This document shows, piece after piece, positions 19,801 to 28,127 of a DNA stretch of 61,543 bases. The translations under genes and the position numbers were made by a program. Every line of letters starts with the position of its first letter. Position 1 is the first letter of the stretch. Source of the DNA: a virus (taxonomy: Duplodnaviria > Caudoviricetes); IMG/VR virus record IMGVR_UViG_3300010354_000092, positions 1-61,543 of that record. The stretch is one strand, 5' to 3'. The notes under the pieces were generated by a model, which was not told where the DNA came from, searched no databases, and was given only the letters and a program-made list of their open reading frames with translations.

Positions 19801-20915
19801 CTGAGATAGATACAGAAGGTATAGCCAAGGGTCATTCTGTTTTCATTAGAGATCAGTTTGGTAGTTTTAATGACAATACAGGAACAAGGTACTGTGCTAC
19901 AGGGACCGTAGTTACTGATATAGGTTGGAGAGAAATTACATTAAATCAGGCACTAACATCTGGCGGCGGCGAAGCTGATAACGATCAATTCTTTACTTTA
20001 TTGTTCTGCGGTAATGCTTACTACAACGTTTTAACCAGCAACACATCGACAGCAGTAACAACAGGAACTACTGTTATTCCTCCTGCTCAACAAGTAGCTG
20101 CTGAAATAGATGCTCTAACATTTATGAGTACATTGGTTCAGAACGTAGTTGCAAACAATACTATTATTGCTATTAATCCAACAGTTATACAAAACAAAAC
20201 TAACCCAAGCGGTGGAGCTGCAAACGGTTTCTTAGCAGACAGATTTAACGAAATAATAGATATTGTTACTAACGGCCCTTCGGTGGCCCCAGAAGCGAGA
20301 AAGAGAGGAACAAGTCCTCCTCAAGCTAGCGAAGCTATTGTACAGATAAACGCTAATAGAGATTTTATAGTTGCTGAAGTAACTCAACGTGTTATAAATC
20401 AAGCAATTTATGTCATGAGCGTTAAACAAACATATAAATGTAAAAGAGATACTAGTTTAATATTAGATAAGCTTATATTAGATTTAACCAATGGTGGAAA
20501 TTATAACAGTGTTTACAGTGGTCTAAGTTATTATACAAGACCAAATACACACCATATAGTAAGTTTAGAAGACCAAGTAAGGAATCCATTATTATTCCCA
20601 GACGGTGCAACTGCTAATTTCTATCAAAGAAGTTATATGAGTGCGTTAGGTTATACTTTTGAATATGTAGGTGCAGGCGTTACTTACGGCGGACTACCAC
20701 AGAGAGGTATAGCAGATCCTAAACAAAATCAAGAAGTGACTCAGATTGATAACGGTAAAGTATTCTTTACATCAACGGATCAAAACGGTGACTTCAGAAT
20801 CGGCCCAGGATTAGTAATTAGTCAGGCCACTGGTGTATTAAGTGGTAGAACATTTACCAAATCACTGTTTGCACAGATGACACCATTTATATTAGCTGTT
20901 GAAACAGGAGGCTAA
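13893..20915 (+). CDS. Giant virion protein: beta-helix-like framework with nine phycobiliprotein-like (KCxRD) helical repeats
   Basis: 2340 aa. Pectin-lyase-type start [13 protein letters not shown]...[11 protein letters not shown]...GSDLRTT. Repeat Cys residues at 466, 624, 790, 952, 1115, 1275, 1423, 1573 and 2183. Confidence 0.8.
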   Translation: [2340 protein letters not shown]

Positions 20916-20926
20916 AAGGAAATATT

Positions 20927-21310
20927 ATGGCTTTAATACCATTAAATACATTCAAAACGAAAACAGCAGTTATAACAACTAGCTCGACCGCTACTATCTA
21001 TACTGCCCCAATTGGTGTAACTTCTATTATATTAATGACACAGGTAACAAATATTACAACTCAAACGCAATATGTTACGTTTGGACATTTTAGAAGATTA
21101 GCTGTCTTACCCGATGCTCAAGGATTTGGCGGACAACCAGCTAATACATTTACGCCAATGGTTGTAGATTTTGGAATACCCGGTAATGATGCAGGTTCAT
21201 TAACAACAGGTAAGATGATTTTAGAAAGTTTAGATAGCGTTAGATGTTATGCAAAAAATAATAATGCATTAAGAATAACACTTAGCGTCTTAGAAACTGC
21301 TAACCAATAA
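20927..21310 (+). CDS. Small virion protein (fibre adaptor-like)
   Basis: 127 aa, IYTAP...GKMILESLD...LSVLE. Confidence 0.55.
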   Translation: MALIPLNTFKTKTAVITTSSTATIYTAPIGVTSIILMTQVTNITTQTQYVTFGHFRRLAVLPDAQGFGGQPANTFTPMVVDFGIPGNDAGSLTTGKMILESLDSVRCYAKNNNALRITLSVLETANQ

Positions 21311-21335
21311 TTGAAGTGAGTACGGAGAATACCTA

Positions 21336-24300
21336 ATGCCAAGTTTATTAAGCGGCTCAACACTTAGACAAGGGGGAAGCGGAGACTTTATTCAGCTCTC
21401 TGGTGCTCAGCCAGCATTGGGTCCATCTCCTTCTACAACTACAGGTTTTACATTAGTAGGTGATGCAGTTGGTAGAGTTACCTATACAAGTAGTTTAGGT
21501 AATTTAGATTTTAACACAGGTACAATACTTGCTCAGCCGGGAATTAATATTACATTACGAGCTGATGCTAATGGTGTTATATTTGTTGATTCTACAGCGA
21601 CAATATTCTTACAAGGTTTAACAGTACCAGAACCGCAGCCGATTAATCATGGTGGAAGACCAAGTTTTAGAATTCCTAATTTTTATACAGGTTCTACTCC
21701 TCCATTAGATGCCATTGCCAGAGAAGGCGATATATGGTATGACAGTGTAAACGATGTACACTACGAATATATAGACGATGGTACTCAATTTGTTTGGGTA
21801 GATACTACAGGTCCATTTTTCTCAACTACAGTAGCACAATTTGGTTTTGGGGGTTCTGTAGGATTCACAGGTAGTCAAGGCCCTATTGGGCCTCAAGGAC
21901 CAGCAGGCGGATTTACAGGTAGTCAAGGCCTCATAGGATATACAGGATCTAGGGGATATACAGGATCTAGAGGTGATCAAGGATATACTGGTTCATTTGG
22001 TTACACTGGTAGTCAAGGACCTATTGGACAGTTTGGATTTAGCGGTAGTGCTGGTTTTATAGGAAGTTTTGGATATACCGGTTCATTCGGTTATACTGGT
22101 AGCATAGGTTACACTGGTAGCCAAGGGGCAGGATTTACAGGTAGTCAAGGTGTTGAAGGTTATGTTGGTAGTCAAGGACCTTTAGGATTCTCAGGTAGTC
22201 AAGGACCTATCGGATTTACTGGATCATTTGGATTTACTGGATCAGCTGGCTTTAAAGGTAGTCAAGGTGAATTAGGTTATACTGGTAGTCAAGGACCTAT
22301 TGGTTTTACTGGATCATTTGGTTTTACTGGATCTCGAGGTTATACTGGTAGCGCAGGCGAACAAGGTTATACTGGAAGCTCGGGATTTGTAGGTTCTAGG
22401 GGTGATGTAGGTACTCCTGGATTTACAGGTAGTAGAGGTTTCGTAGGTAGTCAAGGTAATCTTGGTTATGTTGGTTCTGTGGGATTCACCGGTTCCAGAG
22501 GCGCTACAGGTTTTGTAGGATCTAGAGGTGATTTAGGTTTCACTGGTAGTATTGGTTTTACTGGTAGTATTGGTTTTGTAGGAAGTCAGGGTATAACAGG
22601 ATTTACCGGCTCAGTAGGTTTTACTGGATCAGTGGGATATACCGGTAGCCAGGGTATAGGATTTACAGGATCGCGAGGTTTTGTAGGTAGTCAAGGTGAG
22701 GTAGGTTTCACTGGTAGTATTGGTATTAGAGGATTTACAGGCTCAGTTGGATTTGTTGGTAGCTTAGGTTTTACCGGTAGTATTGGCTATACTGGAAGTG
22801 TAGGTTTCGTAGGATCTGCCAGTACTGTTCCTGGATATGTTGGTAGTATTGGTTACACTGGCAGCTCTTCTGGCTTTACCGGTAGCCAAGGTTATACTGG
22901 ATCATTTGGTTATACTGGATCATTTGGTTATACTGGATCACGCGGAGGCGGATTTACAGGTAGTCAAGGTTATACAGGTAGTGAAGGTTTCACCGGCAGT
23001 GTAGGCTATGTCGGTAGCCCAGGCCCAATTGGTTTTGCAGGAAGTTTTGGTTATATAGGAAGTGCAGGTTATGTAGGTAGCCCAGGCATGGGCTATGTAG
23101 GTAGCCCAGGCGGTATTGGTCAAACAGGTTATAGAGGTAGTGAAGGTTACTACGGATCTGCTGGATTTAGAGGATCTGCTGGATTTAGAGGATCTGCTGG
23201 ATATCAAGGTTCTGCAGGTATTCAAGGAAATCAAGGTCAACAAGGAGATCCAGGTTTCCAAGGCAGCGAGGGTTACTTAGGTAGTCAAGGTATTCCTGGA
23301 TATCAAGGTTCTGCAGGTTATAGAGGTAGTGAAGGTTATAGAGGTAGTTCTGGTTTCCAGGGAAGTTCGGGAACTGGTTTCTCAGGATCTGAAGGTTTTA
23401 GAGGATCTGAAGGTTACGTTGGTAGTCAAGGTATTCCTGGATATCAAGGTTCTGCAGGTTATTTTGGTTCGGCTGGATATCAAGGAAGCTCGGGTGTTGG
23501 TTACAGAGGATCAGAAGGGTTCCAAGGTAGTTTTGGTTTAACTGGATTTACCGGATCTGAGGGCGTAGGCTTTACAGGTAGTGCAGGTTATAGAGGTTCT
23601 GAAGGTTATAGAGGATCGGCTGGTTATTATGGATCTGAAGGTTATAGAGGATCTGCAGGTTTTGCAGGTAGTATCGGAGCTATTGGTTTCTACGGTTCAG
23701 CTGGTTATAGAGGCAGCGAAGGCTACAGAGGATCTGCTGGATATCAAGGTTCAGCTGGATCAGGATTCTCAGGTTCAGAAGGTTTTAGAGGATCTGCTGG
23801 ATATCAAGGATCAGCTGGCTATACAGGGTCAATTGGTTATTGGGGGTCGGCTGGATATCAAGGAAGCTCAGGTGTAGGTTTCCAAGGATCCGTAGGCTAT
23901 ACAGGAAGTATAGGATTTAGAGGTTCAACTGGTTTCTTAGGTAGTCCTGGATTTTTTGGATCATCGGGATTCCAAGGATCTATCGGTTTCCAAGGAAGCC
24001 AAGGTAATATAGGCTGGACAGGATCGGCAGGACCTGGATTTGGTGGATCTGCTGGATTTAGAGGATCTACTGGATATCAAGGTTCGTTAGGATATATTGG
24101 AAGTCCAGGTTTTAGGGGATCAGCTGGGTATACCGGTTCTATAGGATATACGGGTTCTGTAGGTTTTAGAGGTTCAGCTGGATATGTAGGTTCTACTGGT
24201 GGTACTGGATTTAGAGGAAGTGACGGATTCAGGGGTAGTTCAGGATTTTTAGGATCATCCGGTTTTAGGGGATCAGTCGGTTTCCAAGGTTCGACAGGCG

Positions 24301-25058
24301 GAATAGGAGCTACAGGTTTTAGAGGATCTGCTGGATTTACAGGCAGTCAAGGTATTCCTGGTTTCAGAGGCAGTCAAGGTATTCCTGGATTCCAAGGTAG
24401 TACAGGTAATATTGGATTCCAAGGATCTGCGGGTAACCTTGCTTCAGTTGGGTCTGCTAACCAAGTACTATATAAAAATGCTTCTAACGCATTAGCTACT
24501 AGTGCTTCGTTTACATTTGATGGTACTACAGTAACTTCAAACCAGCTAAGAGCTAACGGCGGCTTTGTATATTTAGGTGCAACAAATACCTATTATCTAC
24601 AGTATCAAGCAAGCCCAAGTAGATATAACTTGCCTTCTGCAGATTTATATCTAACTAACGCTTCTAACGATGTGTATGCTAGATTCTTTAGAGGAACTGC
24701 AACTTCAGCTCAGTACGCTGACGTGGCAGAAAAGTATCTCACAGATAAAGAATATCCTGTAGGTACAGTGGTAAAAGTTGGCGGACCTAATGAAGCAACA
24801 ATAGTAACAGATAATTCTGATTATGTACTTGGCGTTATTTCTGCTAAACCGGCTTACTTAATGAATTACGATAGCGAAGGACAAGCCATAGCATTATTAG
24901 GTCGTGTTCCTGTTAAGATTAAAGGTAGAGTTAAAAAAGGTGATGCTATATGGCCTGCAGATAATGGACAAGGATGCACTGTAAATAATGGCAAACAACC
25001 ATTTGCTTATGCTCTAGAAGACGGCGAAGATAGCTTAGTTGAATGCGTAGTAAAATAA
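21336..25058 (+). CDS. Collagen-like (Gly-X-Y) fibre with C-terminal intramolecular chaperone/peptidase-like domain
   Basis: About 850 aa of G[FY]xGSx hexapeptides. C-terminal YADVAEKY...GVIS...ALLGRVPVK...KGD. Confidence 0.8.
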   Translation: MPSLLSGSTLRQGGSGDFIQLSGAQPALGPSPSTTTGFTLVGDAVGRVTYTSSLGNLDFNTGTILAQPGINITLRADANGVIFVDSTATIFLQGLTVPEPQPINHGGRPSFRIPNFYTGSTPPLDAIAREGDIWYDSVNDVHYEYIDDGTQFVWVDTTGPFFSTTVAQFGFGGSVGFTGSQGPIGPQGPAGGFTGSQGLIGYTGSRGYTGSRGDQGYTGSFGYTGSQGPIGQFGFSGSAGFIGSFGYTGSFGYTGSIGYTGSQGAGFTGSQGVEGYVGSQGPLGFSGSQGPIGFTGSFGFTGSAGFKGSQGELGYTGSQGPIGFTGSFGFTGSRGYTGSAGEQGYTGSSGFVGSRGDVGTPGFTGSRGFVGSQGNLGYVGSVGFTGSRGATGFVGSRGDLGFTGSIGFTGSIGFVGSQGITGFTGSVGFTGSVGYTGSQGIGFTGSRGFVGSQGEVGFTGSIGIRGFTGSVGFVGSLGFTGSIGYTGSVGFVGSASTVPGYVGSIGYTGSSSGFTGSQGYTGSFGYTGSFGYTGSRGGGFTGSQGYTGSEGFTGSVGYVGSPGPIGFAGSFGYIGSAGYVGSPGMGYVGSPGGIGQTGYRGSEGYYGSAGFRGSAGFRGSAGYQGSAGIQGNQGQQGDPGFQGSEGYLGSQGIPGYQGSAGYRGSEGYRGSSGFQGSSGTGFSGSEGFRGSEGYVGSQGIPGYQGSAGYFGSAGYQGSSGVGYRGSEGFQGSFGLTGFTGSEGVGFTGSAGYRGSEGYRGSAGYYGSEGYRGSAGFAGSIGAIGFYGSAGYRGSEGYRGSAGYQGSAGSGFSGSEGFRGSAGYQGSAGYTGSIGYWGSAGYQGSSGVGFQGSVGYTGSIGFRGSTGFLGSPGFFGSSGFQGSIGFQGSQGNIGWTGSAGPGFGGSAGFRGSTGYQGSLGYIGSPGFRGSAGYTGSIGYTGSVGFRGSAGYVGSTGGTGFRGSDGFRGSSGFLGSSGFRGSVGFQGSTGGIGATGFRGSAGFTGSQGIPGFRGSQGIPGFQGSTGNIGFQGSAGNLASVGSANQVLYKNASNALATSASFTFDGTTVTSNQLRANGGFVYLGATNTYYLQYQASPSRYNLPSADLYLTNASNDVYARFFRGTATSAQYADVAEKYLTDKEYPVGTVVKVGGPNEATIVTDNSDYVLGVISAKPAYLMNYDSEGQAIALLGRVPVKIKGRVKKGDAIWPADNGQGCTVNNGKQPFAYALEDGEDSLVECVVK
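21861..24434 (+). repeat. Degenerate 18-bp coding tandem repeat (G-F/Y-T/V/R/Q-G-S-x)
   Basis: Repeated ggwtWyacwggwagy-type units throughout. Confidence 0.9.
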
Positions 25059-25073
25059 TAGGAATAGTATAAA

Positions 25074-27542
25074 ATGGGATTTCCACTAACTCCAGTAAAC
25101 GGTCAGACAGCAATTGTAAATGGGATCAAATACATTTACATATCTGTTTATAAGAGCTGGCGCCGAGATTTTAATAACGTTCTTGACCGTTTATATCTAA
25201 TCGGCGGCAACGAAACAGTTAGTAGTTCAACCGGTGATCTGGTAGTATTGGGCGGTGGATATTTTGGAAAAAGTGTAATAATAGGCAAAGATTTAACCGT
25301 CTATGGTACGGCAACATTCTACGGCCCAATAATCGGGTCAGTAAGTTCTACAACAAATATAACAGGAGGCGCACCCGGATCTCTTCTTTATCAGGTTAAT
25401 ACTAGTACCACAGGATTCATTGGTATTGGTCCTGCAGGTTCGCAATTAATAAGCGACGGTACCGTAGCTTATTGGACAATTACTCAAGGTGGATATGCGA
25501 ATACTGCTACCAATATTGAGGGTGGCGATACATGGCAAGTTCCCTTCCAAGCATCAACAAGTACAACAATATTTTCTCCAGATTTTACTTATGATAACAA
25601 TTTAGGTAGTCTGATAATCAAAGATCTTACATCTAGTGTTGGTACAGATACTGGAGCTATTATAACTTATGGTGGATTAGGTGTTGGAGAGAATTTAAAT
25701 GTAGGAGGAAATCTTACTGTTGGAGGAGATTTCACAGTCAACGGTTCTTTAACTTATCTTAATACTACAAATTTAGATATAACAGATAAACTTATAACCT
25801 TAGCAAAAGGCTCTACTACTACTGCAATCAGCGTAGGAGCAGGTTTTGAAATTGAAGGTACCGCAGCAAATATAACCTATGCAAATAACGAAGAAAGATT
25901 TGTAAGTAGTGTAAAAATAGAAGTTCCAAGTTTAGTAGCTACAGCAGGCATACCTGCCACAGATTCAAATACCGGAACAATCCAGGTAACCGGGGGAGTT
26001 GGTGTAACTGGTAATGTTGTTGCAGGTTTATTTGTAGGATCAATAGGTGATGACTTGTTAGGTCGTAATACTAGCAAGTTTACAACTGTAGATGCCAACG
26101 GACAAATTACTGCTGGTTCGTCTGCTCAAGCAATATTTTGGAATACAACTACACAGTTATTATCGACCACTGCGTCTGTTTATGTAGTAGGAGGCCTAGC
26201 CGTAGAAGGTAATGCTATAATTAAAGGATTAGTAGAAACTCCAGGAGGAATACAAATTCATTCTTCTGGAACAAGCGGCCTGCACCTATTATCAAGAAGT
26301 AGTAATCCTGAAAATTCGCCAAAACTTAAACTTGAGGCACGAAATCAAGGTTATGTAGAATTATACAGTTCGTCTGCTGGTGGTGCATTAATTATTGATT
26401 ACCTTGGAACAAATTATCTATCTTTAGATAATAATCAATTAGTTTATTACGGAACAACTCCTGCTACTTCAACAGTCGATGGATCTATAACAACCTATGG
26501 CGGTATAAGCGCAGCGGATAACGTTTTCATAGGTGGACATTACAATGGTATAAAATTAGACACAGGAAGCATTCGTCCTTACACGACACAAAATTTAACT
26601 ATTAATACAACAGGTTCGGGAATACTAACTTTACAGACTACATCAATTTTTATTGATGCTACATCATCGGCATCGATTAGCACAAGTACGTTTATTCAAG
26701 GCGCCGTAGAAGCTGTTAGGTTTAACGAAATTGAAATATCAAATAATCTAAGCCCGCTTACTAAAATTACGCCTACACCCACCGACAATAATTTATTCTT
26801 AGTAGGTAACGGAGCTGGCACTGTTTTTATAGGTACAGCGTCAATAGTTACAAATATAGTAGGCGGATTATCAATAAATGAAGATTTATCAGTAGTTGGT
26901 TATGCATCTGCAAATAGATATAATGACTTAATTATAGATAATAGTACTGTTACTAACTTAACCATTAGTGCATATAATGCCAATCAAGGATTAAATTTTA
27001 CAGCTAGTGGATCTGGCAATATTGGATTTAATTCTACTAGAGTTGAGATAACTGCAACTACAGTAGTTAACGGTGCAGTGACCGCCAATTCATTTAACGA
27101 TATAGAGATTGCTAGATCTATAAACAGTGCAACAGTTACATTATCTTCTTTACTTCAAAATCAGAGTATAGAAATTGCACCAAATGGAACTGGAACTACA
27201 ATTGTTTCTTCCAAGTTAATTGCTAATGATATTATTCAAGCAAACGACTTTATAAGAAAATCTGTATTAGAGCTTAGTCAGTTGCAGGTATCTAATAATA
27301 TAACATTGGCAATTAACGACATTACGGCAAATATTATTACTTCCGAGCCTATGATGTCTAACAGTGATATATACCTTCCTCCGGCAGGACCAGACCTAGC
27401 AGGTTACGATTTAGTTATTAGAAATAGATCTACACTGTATACAATTAATGTTAATGATACTAGTACAAGCTTTGTAGCATTTATAAACACTAGTTCTAAC
27501 ATTAGAGTAATATCAGACGGATTAACTTGGTTTATCCAATAA
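25074..27542 (+). CDS. Tail fibre-like structural protein
   Basis: 822 aa. N-terminal FPLTPVNGQ module and repeated TG(A/D)(L/I)xxxGG(L/V)GV fibre motifs. Confidence 0.7.
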   Translation: MGFPLTPVNGQTAIVNGIKYIYISVYKSWRRDFNNVLDRLYLIGGNETVSSSTGDLVVLGGGYFGKSVIIGKDLTVYGTATFYGPIIGSVSSTTNITGGAPGSLLYQVNTSTTGFIGIGPAGSQLISDGTVAYWTITQGGYANTATNIEGGDTWQVPFQASTSTTIFSPDFTYDNNLGSLIIKDLTSSVGTDTGAIITYGGLGVGENLNVGGNLTVGGDFTVNGSLTYLNTTNLDITDKLITLAKGSTTTAISVGAGFEIEGTAANITYANNEERFVSSVKIEVPSLVATAGIPATDSNTGTIQVTGGVGVTGNVVAGLFVGSIGDDLLGRNTSKFTTVDANGQITAGSSAQAIFWNTTTQLLSTTASVYVVGGLAVEGNAIIKGLVETPGGIQIHSSGTSGLHLLSRSSNPENSPKLKLEARNQGYVELYSSSAGGALIIDYLGTNYLSLDNNQLVYYGTTPATSTVDGSITTYGGISAADNVFIGGHYNGIKLDTGSIRPYTTQNLTINTTGSGILTLQTTSIFIDATSSASISTSTFIQGAVEAVRFNEIEISNNLSPLTKITPTPTDNNLFLVGNGAGTVFIGTASIVTNIVGGLSINEDLSVVGYASANRYNDLIIDNSTVTNLTISAYNANQGLNFTASGSGNIGFNSTRVEITATTVVNGAVTANSFNDIEIARSINSATVTLSSLLQNQSIEIAPNGTGTTIVSSKLIANDIIQANDFIRKSVLELSQLQVSNNITLAINDITANIITSEPMMSNSDIYLPPAGPDLAGYDLVIRNRSTLYTINVNDTSTSFVAFINTSSNIRVISDGLTWFIQ

Positions 27543-27548
27543 TTTTCT

Positions 27549-27577
27549 TTGAATATTCTTGCAGGATAAATTATAAT
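27549..27577 (+). promoter_or_regulatory. Sigma70-type promoter
   Basis: TTGAAT-17-TATAAT immediately before rmlC. Confidence 0.7.
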
Positions 27578-27578
27578 T

Positions 27579-28127
27579 ATGATGCAAGAATTATCTATAC
27601 CTGGTCCAAAATTAATTAATCTAAAAAAACTATCTGATAGTCGAGGTTGGTTTTCTGAAACGTTCAAATCTAGTTGGCTGAAAGATTTTGATATAGACTG
27701 CAATTTTGTCTTTGAATTTTGGAGTTTTAACGAACACCGAGGAACATTAAGAGGATTGCATTCTCAAAACGATAAATTTGTACCTGCAAAATTGATAATG
27801 GTTCTTAATGGTTCTATACAAGATGTTATCCTAGATGCTAGAATCAATTCTCCTACATTTGGACAACATTGCTCTTTAATTTTAGATTCAAAAAATCCTC
27901 AATTATTATATGTACCTAAAGGATTTTATCACGGATTCGTAACTTTAGAACCAAATACTTTTGTAGGATATAAAGTTGATGAATATCATGCTCCGCATAA
28001 CGAATGTGGTGTTGATTATAGAGATACTAATTTAAATATTAATTGGGCTATAACAGATAATCTCATAATAAGCAATAGGGATTTAAACAATCCAAGTTGG
28101 GATAGTTGTTATAAATTTAATATATGA
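27579..28127 (+). CDS. rmlC: dTDP-4-dehydrorhamnose 3,5-epimerase
   Basis: DSRGWFSE, GTLRGLHSQ, DARINSPTFGQH, LYVPKGFYHGF and YKVD motifs. Confidence 0.93.
   Translation: MMQELSIPGPKLINLKKLSDSRGWFSETFKSSWLKDFDIDCNFVFEFWSFNEHRGTLRGLHSQNDKFVPAKLIMVLNGSIQDVILDARINSPTFGQHCSLILDSKNPQLLYVPKGFYHGFVTLEPNTFVGYKVDEYHAPHNECGVDYRDTNLNINWAITDNLIISNRDLNNPSWDSCYKFNI

Noticed and set aside
22938-23877. Repetitive alternate-frame ORFs inside the Gly-X-Y gene
   Set aside because: They are by-products of the 18-bp coding repeat.
21861-24434. Ice-nucleation protein or diversity-generating retroelement repeats
   Set aside because: The period is 6 aa with Gly every third residue, not the 8/16-aa AGYGSTxT InaZ repeat. 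No reverse transcriptase or adenine-specific TR/VR pair was seen.
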